Source: Eledone cirrhosa
Lineage: Eukaryota
DNA length: 64,000 bases
Assembly: GCA_964016885.1 (NCBI GenBank)
Contig: OZ024764.1
Span: 7,564,001 to 7,628,000 of the forward strand
Reading direction: 5' to 3'
The notes below the pieces were generated by a model, which made no database searches, was not told where the DNA came from, and was given only the letters and a program-made list of their open reading frames with translations. Both the position numbers and the translations under genes were made by a program. How positions within the stretch are numbered: the stretch's first letter is position 1; every line of letters starts with the position of its first letter. Shown here one piece after another: positions 1-13,149 of the stretch.

Positions 1-532
1 CGGCAAAAAAAGCACCCAGCACTCACTGTAAATGAGGTTGGTGTTAGGAAGGGCATCCAGCTGTAGAAATCAAGCCAGAATCAGTTCCCGTCCCACCCTT
101 GCAAGCAGAGAAAAGCGGACGTAAAATGAAATGATATATATATACATACATCATCATCATCAAACACATATAAACAATTTGAATATATAACATTTTATTC
201 ATTTAAAATTTGTTTTATTTATCTTTTTTAATTTTTATTTTGTGTTGAAAAAGGCAGTGAAATGTTGACAGAGTCCTTAAAATGCCAGATAAAATGATTT
301 GGACTATTTCATTTGGCTTTCTCTGCTCCTTCTCAGTTTAATTCCTGCCGAGCTCAACTTTGCTTTTCATTCTTTCGAGTTCATTGAATACAATACCAGT
401 CAAATACTGGGGTCAATTCTTCCTCTATCTCTCTCTCTATATATATATATGGCGTAGGCATTACAATACATTGGGAGGAAACATAATAGTACCACTGATG
501 ATGTCACAGATGTGTGATAAAAGAACTTTGTT

Positions 533-565
<33 letters not shown>

Positions 566-575
<10 letters not shown>

Positions 576-760
576 AGAACAAAAGATGGTTAAAGGAGTT
601 CCATGTATTTTATTATGCGCATTTCAAAAACATGGAACTCCTTTAACCATCTTTTGTTCTTATATATTATGTATACTCCAGTCCCACAAACTGTAGAGTG
701 CTTCTTATCCGATATCTGCATTGCTTTATTGTACTACAATAAAACTCACCTCCTACATTA
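566..760. mobile_element. palindromic MITE-like family; copies at 12130-12340 and 55538-55775
   Basis: AAGAACAAAAGATGGTTAAAGGAGTTCCATG ... CATGGAACTCCTTTAACCATCTTTTGTTCTT, embedded in (TA)n. Confidence 0.75.
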
Positions 761-1526
761 TATATATATATATATATTTATTCAGGTTTGAGGTTCACCA
801 CTGTATAGAGCTGGTCTATTCCGTATGGTCAATCGTAATGCAATAATATAGAGAGTACTCAACGTAAGGCAGTTCAACCGTCTTTGTTTTTGTAGTTGGT
901 GGTGCTATTACGGAGTTAAATATTATAATGAAATGACAGGAGGCTGGATTTGTGGAACCCGGTCATTGAAATGATCATTGTATAATAAACCTTTCAAGGA
1001 TTTACACAAATCCAGCCTCCTGTCATTTCATTACATTCATATGATTTATTGATTTATTGATATTTTATCTGAGTGACCCGAATCTTCCAGATCGTAATTT
1101 TTCGGTCGTATGGTTGATTTTAGACATAATCTATGTGTGTTGGTATTTTAACGATAGTTATAGCTCTGATTTATCTGAATTATTGAGCCCTCTGCCACTT
1201 ATATCGAGTTTTGTTTATCGTGAACTCGTGCGCCGATTTTTCGATACTCGATTATTCTACTAATTATATATATATATATTTATATCTGTATTTTAACCGT
1301 TGGTCAATCAATGATAAACATTGATTGACAGATAAATTAACTATGGAGATATAAAAGATACAGAAGCGAAAACCAACCAAACAGTGAGTGTGTTCTGTTA
1401 TTATTTCTGGCAATATTATTACAACAATATGACCCTCCCCAAATATAACAATATTTGTTACGACACACGATTTAATATCAAAAACCTTCCAAAACAAATA
1501 TATATATATATATATGTGCGCATATA

Positions 1527-1686
<160 letters not shown>

Positions 1687-1739
1687 TATATATGTCCTCT
1701 TTTTTGACTTGTTATCTTGTATATTTTTATCTACATTAT

Positions 1740-2090
1740 GGAGGCACATGCTTAGTGGTTAGAGCATTGGCCTTGCAATCGAAAGGTTGTGAGTTCAATT
1801 CTCAGACCGGGTGATGTGTTGTTTCCTTGAGCAAGACACTTTATTTCACATTGCTCCAGTTTACTCAGCTGTAGAAATGAGATGATAGGGACCCCAGTCT
1901 CTATCATTCCACTGCAAAGTGGTCGTGGAGGTGCCACGGCAAAAAAAAAGCACCCAGCACTCACTGTAAATGGTGTTGGTGTTAGGAAGGGCATCCAGCT
2001 ATAGAAATCAAGCCAGAATCAGTTCCCATCCCACCCTTGCAAGCAGGGAAAAAGCGGACATAAAATGAAATGATGATGAAAATGAAATGA
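1740..2090 (+). mobile_element. SINE family A (tRNA head, Meta-like core, RTE-derived tail)
   Basis: A/B boxes, CCTTGAGCAAGACACTTTA core, tail CCCACCCTTGCAAGCAGGGAAAAGCGGAC+(GAT)n; partial copy at 1-135. Confidence 0.85.
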
Positions 2091-2926
2091 TTATATTTTT
2101 TCCTTTCTATTTATCAGTTATTTGAAAAGTAACGCTATATTCTGTAGCTGGACAACGTATATTTTTTTAAGCCTCTGTTTATAATATTATGGCATCTTTT
2201 TAAATGTAAACAAACTCTTAGACTGGGAACTGTAGAGCTGCTTCATGACATTTTATAATGAGATATTTACTTATAAATAACTGACTTTGATAAGTCCTAA
2301 GGGATGAAACAAGCGTAAATCAACATTTAATGTAAAAACGTATTTGCTAATTAATTTGCTTCATACGTAATTATTATTTTTAACACAATAGGATTTTGTA
2401 CACATTTGTTTGAAAAAAATCTTTCAAAGTAGGAAACAATCTTTTGTAGTGTTTATTATAACAAATTACTGTATTTTGAGCTGAAGGCACATAGCTTAGT
2501 GGTTAGAGCATTGGGCTTGCAATTGAAAGATTGTGAGTTCGTTTCTCGGACCAGGTGATGTGTTGTGTCCTTGAGCAAGACAGTTTACTCAGCTGTAGAA
2601 ATGAGTTGCAATCCTGCCAAATCAATGGGTGGCTGTAGTTCCAGCTGCATCGAAAGACTGGTGTAGTGGTTCTGAGTACAATGAGGCTTTGTAAATTGAC
2701 AATGGAAAGGTGCTCCCGCTCGAGTTAGAAGAGAACTATTGACCTTCAGGAGAAGCAGTGACCCCTGATTGTATTCAGCAACCAAAACAAATATAAAGTA
2801 CACCAAAATCCAATGGTCCTAGGGGCAGCCCTGGTTCTTATTTGTGAGTGTAAACTTGGCCAGATTCGAGATTTGACCTACTTCTTTCCAATTTTTATAT
2901 TGTTTTTGTAAAAAAAACGATATCTT

Positions 2927-2961
<35 letters not shown>

Positions 2962-2963
<2 letters not shown>

Positions 2964-3220
2964 CTTGACCTTGACTGACGAGTCTGTCGGGCGCCAATCG
3001 GTGCCGCTGGTCACAGCACGTCGTGCTGTTTTAGCCATAAGATGACGCCATCCCACTGGCTGGGCGGGCAGGCCGGTACTCATTTCTACAGCTGAGTAAA
3101 CTGGAGCAATGTGAAATAAAGTGTCTTGCTCAAGGAAACAACACATCACCCGGTCCGAGAATTGAACTCACAACCTTTCAATTGCAAGCCCAATGCTCTA
3201 ACCACTAAGCCATGTGCCTT
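2962..3220 (-). mobile_element. SINE with family A head but a different tail ending (AAGGTC)n
   Basis: same head and core, unrelated 3' half. Confidence 0.7.
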
Positions 3221-3261
<41 letters not shown>

Positions 3262-3279
3262 CGGGTAAAATTCCCGAGA

Positions 3280-3650
3280 TCCATGGACAAGTTCTCTCCA
3301 GCGGTCTCTGTCCCTCATTATCGCTGCCATGTCCTGCGTCTCCAGCATACCAGTCTGTCCTTAGGGCATCAACATACGTTAACCTTGGTCTTCCTCTTCC
3401 CGTGTGTCCATGTAGGGGCTCCCACAGGAGCACCAAGTGCAGTGTCAACTCTGGATGTCGGTGAGCACGTCCAGCTAACCTCAGTCTCCTCTGTGTCACT
3501 TTTGAGCTGACTTTTGGGAGGCTCCTGTACAGCTCTGAGTTCTTCATCCTCAGTGTATACTGATTAATGTTCAGAGCCATCCTCAGCATTCTCGTGTAGC
3601 ACCCATCCACCATCTGAGTGAGTTTCTTGGTCAGTGTCCAAGTCTCAAAT
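3280..3650 (-). mobile_element. RTE-like LINE 3' fragment
   Basis: ETWTLT..., YTRMLRMALNI, RRLRLAG, GRGRPRLTYVD. Confidence 0.8.
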
Positions 3651-3934
3651 ATGCTAGAATTTTATGCTTCTCAATAAAAAAAGTTCAATAGACTTTATAC
3701 AGAACAATAATAAATAAAATGTAAAAGATATATGTATTTATAGAGAGAAGCATATATCACAGGAATACGAAATAGCACTAAGATCTCTCATGGTTCCATC
3801 ATCATCATCATCTTATATAATATAATGAAATTATTGTGTACAGTGCGCAGGTGCACTACAACTCATCAAAGGTGCATGTATAGTACATAGAATAATGTAC
3901 AAATGTCAGGAAAATGAACAGTGTATGAGTCATG

Positions 3935-3980
<46 letters not shown>

Positions 3981-4635
3981 TGTTTCTACTTTTGGCACAA
4001 GGCCAGCAATTACCCAGTACATTACTGGTACTTTATTTTATCGACCCCGTAAGGATGAAAGGCAAAGTTAACCTCGGCGGGATTTGAACACAGACCGTAA
4101 AGGGACGTAACTATGCTGGAAAGCATGGCGTCCGACTCTCTACTGATACTGCCAATCAATGAAATATTGTGTCGTGCCCAGGTGCACCACAACTCATCAA
4201 AAAGTGCATGTACAATACATAGGGCAATGCACAAACATCAGGAAAATGAACAGTGTACAAGTCATGATACACACAAGTGTGCATGTGTATCTTGAGTACA
4301 TATTCCTCTCTAAAATATGTATCTAGTATATATACAATATACTGTGTTTTCTCTATGATATATGCTTCTCTCTCTATATCCATCTATATATAGAGATTTT
4401 GGTTGCTTTCAAGAAACCACTGGTAAATGAAATAATTATCTTATGTTGTTTATTACATAACTAATAAGCTCTGTAACCTACATAGAATACCCTTTTTACC
4501 TGGACCTTTCCGACGGAATTACTTCATATATATATACACTTATATCTTCTATATTTGATTTATTGCTTTGGATAATTTCTATTGAGCCTGTTTATTGAGA
4601 AGCACATAGTTCTAATATATTTGATATGTTACATT

Positions 4636-4676
<41 letters not shown>

Positions 4677-4963
4677 TTTTCATTAGTTAAGCAACACAAG
4701 ACCACAAATTTCACAAGGAAGACATTATTAAATAATTATTTAATAATGTCTTCCTTGTGAAATTTGTTTAGCTTAACTAATGAATATTTCCAGCTCTGTG
4801 CACCTAACCTCTGCATGAACCCAGCCACCTAGCTGCTTTCTACTACATATTGCACATTGAGCACATGCCTATACGCTTTGGCTTCTAACTAACTCACCAA
4901 TCTTTCCTCTCATATCTCCTCTACTATCTCAATCTCTCTCTTTAAGATTGGTTACTCTTGAAC

Positions 4964-4997
<34 letters not shown>

Positions 4998-5483
4998 AAG
5001 TGTTTCCGTAGGAAAGGTAAGAGGAAAAGAGAGTTTTTTAGTTATTTAATAACTTATTGAAACCTTTGGTAAATGAAATAATTATCTTATGTTGTTTATT
5101 ACATAACTATATATATATATATATATATATTCTCTGATGTATCTATAAAGACCAATGCCAAGTGTTACACCCTCCAGTATTCCGATGATTTGATCAGAGA
5201 CACACTGTATTTAAGGTCGAGTTTAGGCAATTTCTAGTGATTAGCGGCCTTTAGGATCACCTGATCAATGAAACAATTGTTAATACTGTAAATAAAACCC
5301 TTTTTGTACAGACGCCGACCATGTTATTCTTCACTCTTTCACTATTATTACTCCAAGAATCACCTGCATGGGAATTCTCGCAAACTCGCTACCTGACTAA
5401 GGAAACCTCTTGTTGAGTCAAACAACGCCGTACGTTAAAACTATCCACAGTACAGAGTACTCACAACCTCTAACTGGATTACC

Positions 5484-5665
5484 TTAACCATTTAGCATTT
5501 AAACCAGCCATATCCGGCCATAACCGACCACTCATACTGATGTTAAGGTATTGTTCTCAAAATAAATAATATCAAAATCTCATAGATTCGATATTATGTG
5601 AGGTAAAGTGTTTACCATGAAAATACAATAGTAAATATGGAGTAAAGTAAATGTTAAAGGGTTAA
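5484..5665 (+). mobile_element. piggyBac-type MITE
   Basis: TTAA-CCATTTAGCA ... TGTTAAAGGG-TTAA termini. Confidence 0.75.
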
Positions 5666-5680
5666 ACGATACCTTGTCAT

Positions 5681-5717
<37 letters not shown>

Positions 5718-6037
5718 TGTGATTTGAGCTCAATTTAAATATGAAAAGTCTAAATACCTCTTCCGAGGCAGTAACCATTAGTGTATCGACAACTTTTGGA
5801 ACTTCCGTTCTTTCTTCTATTCAACATTTTGTCCCAAATCCTTCAGATAAACACAGCCCTGCAGTTAACACAACAAAATCAATCCCCATCTCTTCCATAA
5901 ACAATAAAACAGACACTAACCCTGTAGCTTTTACTGGTACTACTTCAGCTGTTACCACAGCTCTTACTACTGCCACTACTATTTCTGCTTCTACTAAAAT
6001 TACCAATTCTAGTATACCAACAAATATTTCAAATAAA

Positions 6038-6265
6038 TTAACCCTTTAGTATTTGCACTACTTTATATATACTATTGTATTTTTTTGAAAAAGGCTTTAT
6101 CTTACAAAATATCTCACTTAATATTGAATCTATGAGATTTTGATATTATTTATTTTGAGATCAATACCTTAACGTCAGTATGAGCAGCTGGTTACAACTG
6201 GTTTGAACAGAAAGAGGTAAGAGAATTCTGGCCGGATATGGCCGGTTTAAATGCTAAAGCGTTAA
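6038..6265 (-). mobile_element. piggyBac-type MITE, same family, inverted
   Basis: TTAA-CCCTTTAG ... GCTAAAGCG-TTAA; another partial copy at ~19145-19258. Confidence 0.75.
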
Positions 6266-6319
6266 CTAACTCCTCTCACTCACAAATATCTACCAAAGAG
6301 AAAGCATCTGTAACAAATC

Positions 6320-6645
6320 ATCATTCATCATTTCATTTTACGTCTGCTTTTTCCCTGCTTGCAAGGGTGGGACGGGAACTGATTCTGGCTTGATTTCTAC
6401 AGCTGGATGCCCTTCCTAACACCAACCTCATTTACAGTGAGTGCTGGGTGCTTTTTTGCCGTGGCACCTCCACGACCACTTTGCAGTGGAATGATAGGGA
6501 CCGCAGTCCCTATCATCTCATTTCTACAGCTGAGTAAACTGGAGCAATGTGAAATAAAGTGTCTTGCTCAAGGAAACAACACATCAACCGGTCTGAGAAT
6601 TGAACTCACAACCTTTCGATTGCAAGGCCAATGGTTGTGAGTTCA
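6320..6645 (-). mobile_element. SINE family A
   Basis: reverse complement of the 1740-2090 element. Confidence 0.85.
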
Positions 6646-9317
6646 AATCTTTATCACAAAAGACATTGGTACAATGACATTTGTCTGCTGAAATCACAGG
6701 ACCACTGCTTCTGTCAAGACATTTTCACAATCTAAACCAATCCAAACTTCCAATACTAACATTACATGAGCAATGTCTGTAAAGGAGAAATCATTATCTT
6801 CAAGAGATGCTGACAATAATACTGTACAGAAAAGCATTCCCAGAAATAAATCAATTATTGATAACCAGTTGGATGTATCTTAGAAATTGGTTCCTGCTGT
6901 AAGCAATGATGCTAACAATTTGTCTGAACAATACAAATAGACTTTCGGCACTTTTTGAAGCTAAAACTTCAGCACAAACTTCTGGAGTATTTAAAGAAAA
7001 ACCATCTCCTTCAGTAAATAAACCAACTTTTACAAAAACTGTTCCAATACCTCTTCCGCAAAAGTCAGTTGCTCCTACTACTGTTACTAGTAATATTACT
7101 ACAGCTGTTACTAATGTTACTACCACCAATATTATTTCTGCTACCACCTTAGGCAAAGAGCCACTATCACTTCCAACCATTCAAAAGGATTCTTCATCTT
7201 ATAAGACAGGCAATGAAGAGGGAACAGTTAAAGAAACATCCAAGAAAACTGGTATTGTTAGTCAGTGAAAACCTTTGGAAAGTAAGTCTCTCTAAAAGAG
7301 AAACCTACTGTAGACAAAACAGAAGAAAACCCATCAACAAAAGAAGCTATGCTATCCTGGAAGTCAGACACGAATCAAAAGAAAAAGGGCATCATTGAAA
7401 CACCAGTAAAGCTAGAAATCATCCCAAAGAAGGAGGTCAGTAAGGCATCTTCAGTCCGAGAGCAAAGTCCATCAACTGATACTAATAATGATAAAAATCT
7501 GACACTTGAAGAGAAAAAATCAGAAAAGTGCACTTATCTTAGTGTAAGACAGTCAAAAGTCCTGGATATGATAAAGAATTTTCACAAACTGCAAGCCACT
7601 TGGCTATACATTTACTAGAGTCTACATTCATGTATGCTTTTGTTTAAACCCAGGTCAAACCTTTATGTTCAAGTACATTCCAGCCAGGACCATCTGCTCT
7701 ATTATTGAGGTATCTAGGACTCTCTCTGAAGGTATGTGTGTATATATATATATATACACATATACAGACTTAATACTTTGTATCGGCCTCAGTTTTTATT
7801 TTTGTCTTTATAAATAATTGTTTCTACTTTTGGCACAAGACCAGCAATTATCCCAGTGTATTACTGGTACTTCATTTTATCAACCCCCGTAAGGATGAAC
7901 GGCAAAGTTAACCGCAGCGGGATTTGAACTCAGACCATAAAGGGCCGTAACTCTTTGCTACAAAAGCATGGCGTCCGACCCTCTACCGATACTGTCTATC
8001 CACCGCCCTTTGTGTTTATAAACAATAAAGATGATCCTTATTTGTTAAGTTATGGGACTTAAACAAAACACACATGATATACTATTAAAGGGAACAGAAA
8101 ATTAAAAAGAAGAAAAAAAAAACGGATCAAGCAAAGAAGGAAAGGGGAGACAACCACTACAGAATAGGTTAGCTGGAATTTACAGTTGACATGTTACTAA
8201 TTAACTTATCGGAAGGTAATTTCCAATATTTACTGGATAGATTTACAGCTGAGTACTGCAGGAATGAAAATCAGCAAAGATTGTGACACTTGTCATCTCA
8301 AGAAAGCATGTGCTGTACACTTTGTCAGTCACACTGAAGTAGGTGGCCAAATTCAAGGATGTGTAGCAGACTTGAAAATAAGCACTAGTCTCTGTGTGAA
8401 TTACTAATAACTAACCTCAGAACTCCAGCATGTTTCCCCTACCAAATTTTTACCCACAAAATTTGGGTTGATAAGTATTTATCAACCCAAATCTTTCCCA
8501 CAAAGTATCTATCAACCCAAGTATACCCTTGCCTTCATAAATACATGCTACTTGCCCAGGGTTCCATACAGTGAGATAGAATACAAAACCAAGTATTTGC
8601 AGAACAAACTCCCTAACAACTGTCTGTGCTATCTTGGAAGATTCCATTTCTTCTATCATACGGTGCTCACTTGGCAAAGTTCATTTTCCTTTTCATCAGA
8701 GAGTGCTCTATATAGAAGAGTTCATTTCTTTTATCATAATGCTCCACAGGAATAGTTCATTATATAATCACAAGAGGGAAGGAGTGTATATGGGAGATTT
8801 CCTTCCCTGGTAGAGTCTATTTTATCATACACAGCTCCTTTGGAAGAGTCAATTTGTTTTATAAGAGGTGCTCCACTGGTAGAGTCTATTTTTATCATAC
8901 ACAACTCCCTAAGAAGAGTCTATTTTTTATCAGAGGGGTTTCCTGGGTAGTCTATTTTTATCAAACACAGCTCTCAAGGAAGAGTCTATTTTTATATCAG
9001 AGGGGTTTCTGTCGGTATCTGTCCATCTGTGTGTATCCTTATGTATGTTTGTCTGTGTGTGTCTGCGTTTGTTTATTTGTGTGTATGTTTGACTTGCGTG
9101 GGTATGTATCTGTTTGTGTGTGTGTGTATATGTATGTGTGTGTGTGTGTTACTGTCTATCTGTATGTATGTCTTTCCATCTGTCTGTGTTAACCACCACC
9201 ACCACCACCACCATCACCATCATCATCATCATCATCTCTTCTCTGGGTTCCTCAAAAGATCACAGTCTGCCTGCCTGTCCATGAGTCTGTCTGTGTGTCA
9301 GTCACACTCTGTGTCGA

Positions 9318-9437
9318 TCAATCTGTCACGTTGAAGATGGCCAGCTTTGTAGGGGCATGCATGTCTGCCCCCAATTTGCGCCTGTTCACCACCAACGCCA
9401 CGGGAGTATCCACCCTGATTCCCCGGTAAGAAAACAC
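9318..9437 (-). CDS. TTC5: TTC5 terminal exon 11 (VFSYRGIRVDTPVALVVNRRKLG...NVTD*)
   Basis: tag acceptor after a pyrimidine tract, 120 nt including TGA; RVxTPxxLVVN motif; total CDS 1329 nt. Confidence 0.92.
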   Translation of the reverse strand: MFSYRGIRVDTPVALVVNRRKLGADMHAPTKLAIFNVTD

Positions 9438-9554
9438 CTAGACAAGGTGAAGAAAGAAAGAAGACATGAAATCAATCAATAAATAAAGAGGCTGACTTAA
9501 TCCTTTAAACCGGCTGTATCTGGCCAGATTTCTGTCCCCTCTTTCTCATAGATT

Positions 9555-11045
9555 TGATATTATGTGAGGTAAAGCCTTTACTGTGAAAATACAATAGTAT
9601 ATATAGAGTAATGTAAATGTTGTGAGATATTATGTGAGGTAAAGCCTTTACTGTGAAAATACAATAGTATATATAGAGTAATGTAAATGTTATGTGAGAT
9701 ATTATGTGAGGTAAAGCCTTTACTGTGAAAATACAATAGTATATATAGAGTAATGTAAATGTTATGTGAGATATTATGTGAGGTAAAGCCTTTACTGTGA
9801 AAATACAATAGTATATATAGAGTAATGTAAATGTTATGTGAGATATTATGTGAGGTAAAGCCTTTACTGTGAAAATACAATAGTATATATAGAGTAATGT
9901 AAATGTTATGTGAGATATTATGTGAGGTAAAGCCTTTACTGTGAAAATACAATAGTATATATAGAGTAATGTAAATGTTATGTGAGATATTATGTGAGGT
10001 AAAGCCTTTACTGTGAAAATACATAGTATATATAGAGTAATGTAAATGTTATGTGAGATATTATGTGAGGTAAAGCCTTTACTGTGAAAATACAATAGTA
10101 TATATAGAGTAATGTAAATGTTATGTGAGATATTATGTGAGGTAAAGCCTTTACTGTGAAGATACAATAGTATATATAGAGTAATGTAAATGTTATGTGA
10201 GATATTATGTGAGGTAAAGCCTTTACTGTGAAAATACAATAGTATATATAGAGTAATGTAAATGTTATGTGAGGTATTATGTGAGGTAAAGCCTTTACTG
10301 TGACAATACAATAGTATATATAGAGTAATGTAAATGTTATGTGAGATATTATGTGAGGTAAAGCCTTTACTGTGAAAATACAATAGTATATATAGAGTAA
10401 TGTAAATGTTATGTGAGGTAAAGCCTTTACTGTGACAATACAATAGTATATATAGAGTAATGTAAATGTTATGTGAGGTAAAGCCTTTACTGTGAAAATA
10501 CAATAGTATATATAGAGTAATGTAAATGTTATGTGGGATATTATGTGAGGTAAAGCCTATACTGTGACAATACAATAGTATATATAGAGTAATGTAAATG
10601 TTATGTGAGATATTATGTGAGGTAAAGCCTTTACTGTGAAAATACAATAGTATATATAGAGTAATGTAAATGTTATGTGAGATATTATGTAAGGTAAAGC
10701 CTTTACTGTGACAATACAATAGTATATATAGAGTAATGTAAATGTTATGTGAGATATTATGTGAGGTAAAGCCTTTACTGTGAAAATACAATAGTATATA
10801 TAGAGTAATGTAAATGTTATGTGAGATATTATGTGAGGTAAAGCCTTTACTGTGAAAATACAATAGTATATATAGAGTAATGTAAATGTTATGTGAGATA
10901 TTATGTGAGGTAAAGCCTTTACTGTGAAAATACAATAGTATATATAGAGTAATGTAAATGTTATGCGAGATATTATGTGAGGTTAAGCCTTTACTGTGAA
11001 AATACAATAGTATATATAGAGTAATGTAAATGTTATGGGAGATAT
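9555..11045 (+). repeat. 72 bp tandem array (~21 copies) from the piggyBac-type MITE interior
   Basis: unit GATATTATGTGAGGTAAAGCCTTTACTGTGAAAATACAATAG...; similar to 5590-5655. Confidence 0.95.
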
Positions 11046-11204
11046 TTTGTGGCCTGGTGGTCGGTACTAGAGATGCTGGAGATCCTGGTCTTGTGTTCAA
11101 TCCTGGTCAGTTTTTATTTTCCATCTAAAACACAGGCTAGCGTGGAAAATGGACGTTAAACGAAGATGATGTTGATGGTGACATACATATTTATATATAT
11201 ATAT

Positions 11205-11236
<32 letters not shown>

Positions 11237-11240
<4 letters not shown>

Positions 11241-11527
11241 TCAGACCAGGTGATGTGTTGTTTCCTTGAGCAAGACACTTTATTTCACATTGCTCCAGTT
11301 TACTCAGCTGTAGAAATGAGATGATAGGGACTGGGGTCCCTATCATTCCACGGCAAAATGGACGTGGAGGTGCCACGGCAAAAAAAGCACCCAGCACTCA
11401 CTGTAAATGAGGTTGGTGTTAGGAAGGGCATCCAGCTGTAAAAATCAAGCCAGAATCAATTCCCGTCCCACCCTTGCAAGCAGGGAAAATCAGACGTAAA
11501 ATGAAATGATGATGATGATGATGATGA
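11237..11527 (+). mobile_element. SINE family A, 5' truncated
   Basis: matches the family consensus. Confidence 0.85.
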
Positions 11528-11621
11528 TATGTATGTAAAAGGTAAACAGAAATAACAACACAATCGGTACAGTATATGGAAGGAATATATTAGGTGAACG
11601 CTTGATACAGCAGGAAGAGGG

Positions 11622-11657
11622 TCTTAACGTTTCAGACGCTAGTCCTTCATCAGAAGA
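11622..11657 (-). ncRNA. candidate minimal type I hammerhead ribozyme (Penelope-type); decayed copy at 50523-50558
   Basis: UCUU-CUGAUGA-A-GGAC uagc GUCU-GAAACGUU-AAGA. Confidence 0.55.
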
Positions 11658-11853
11658 AAGAATGAAAAATAAGATAGATTGAGGGGACAGGCAGCATGGA
11701 ATTAGAAAAAATATCTTTAGATAAAAATAACAGGCCCGTTCATGTTGACATCTTATGGAAAACAGTTGGTGCTGGCGTTTTGTGTATGATATATTTTTTT
11801 TAGAAAAGTATGTGTGTGTGTGTGTATGTGTGCGTGTGTGTGTGTATGTGTGC

Positions 11854-11886
<33 letters not shown>

Positions 11887-11934
11887 CACACACAAAACCC
11901 GACAAAAGAATGAGAGAGAAGTGTCATTATTTAC

Positions 11935-12079
11935 CTTGTCTTTAAAGTTGACCTCAATCTCCCTAAGACAGGGATCAGGTATAGCCACAGAGTCGCCTAT
12001 TTTCACACCATAGCCTTCCCCTATGTTGTACAGGGACACTGACAGGCAACAGCATTCCTCATCAATAAAACAGAACACA
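11935..12079 (-). CDS. TTC5: TTC5 exon 10 (VFCFIDEE...GVKIGDSVAIPDPCLREI...KDK)
   Basis: 145 nt, cag/GTAAAT; IGDSVAIP motif. Confidence 0.95.
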
Positions 12080-12738
12080 CTGGAAAGAAAGAGGTATATA
12101 TTTATATATAGACATATATATAAACCTACAAATATCATCATGCAATAACATTTGCGTTTTCGCAAATGTTATTGCATGATGATATTTGTTTTTGAAATGC
12201 GCATAATAAAATACATGGAACTCTTTTAACCATCTTTTGATCTTATATATTATTTATACTCCAGTCCTACAAACTGTAGAGTGCTTCTTATCTGATATCT
12301 GTATTGCTTTATTGTACTACAATAAAACTCACCTCCTACATATAAACCTACAAATATATATATATATATATATATATTAGAAAGTGAGGTTTTTTTACAA
12401 AATGAAAAAAAAAAAACGAGGTGTCCTACATGAGTGAAAGTATAAGGAAAAAAATGAAATCGAAAATGCAACTGGAGTCTTTTTTTAAAAAATATATATA
12501 TTTATTTGGTTCCTTTACTGGTTTCGCAGTTCTTCTGCTTTTCAAAAGTAGAGTTCAGATGGAGGGTCTGTGGCTTTGTCTCACATCTGATGTGAGAAAA
12601 ACCACAGACCCTCCATCTCAATTGATGATAGTGATGATGCTAGTGTACATGTGTGTGTATGATAGTGTATATATATGTGTGTATGTTGATAGTGTGTATA
12701 TATGTGTGTATGTTGTAGTGAAAAGTTAAACCACTCAC

Positions 12739-12821
12739 AAAGGAATTGTATCGACATGAGACAGTGTACACACCACTTTACCAACCACCACAGTCTTTTT
12801 GTTCTCTCCAGGCTTCAGATC
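12739..12821 (-). CDS. TTC5: TTC5 exon 9 (DLKPGENKKTVVVGKVVCTLSHVDTIPF), OB domain
   Basis: 83 nt, cag/GTGAGT; LxPGxN and GKVV...PF motifs. Confidence 0.93.
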
Positions 12822-13149
12822 CTGAAAACAGACAAAACAAAAGGTTATTTATTCAAGGTCCACATCACCATTGAGGCCTGCTTTGTGTTTTACTCAGTTA
12901 ACTGCTACTTTAACCCTTTAGCATTTAAACCGGCTATATCCAGCCAGAATTCTCTCACCTCTTTCTGTCCAAACACTGCATCCTTTAAGGCCTCCATGCT
13001 TCCCGAGATCCGCCAACACTACAGCTAACACATACACATGTACTTCCCTGACATTTGTGCATTATTCTATGTACTATACATACACCTTTGACGAGTTGTA
13101 GTGCACCTGAGCACTTTACACAATAATTTCATTATTATCATTATTATTA

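Larger units (their letters stand above)
5741..7618 (+). pseudogene. decayed Ser/Thr/Lys-rich coding region interrupted by a MITE and a SINE
   Basis: collinear S/T/K-rich ORF pieces (5741-6049, 6906-7268, 7349-7618); removing the 6038-6265 MITE restores the frame; stops and frameshifts further on. Confidence 0.5.

Noticed and set aside
1752-1994. Recurring ~80 aa ORF MPFLTPT...QCSNH in several places
   Set aside because: Antisense reading of SINE A; no evidence of coding function
9505-11100. 531 aa ORF (and the 475 aa ORF at 52096-53523)
   Set aside because: Translation of a 72 bp MITE-derived satellite whose period is divisible by 3
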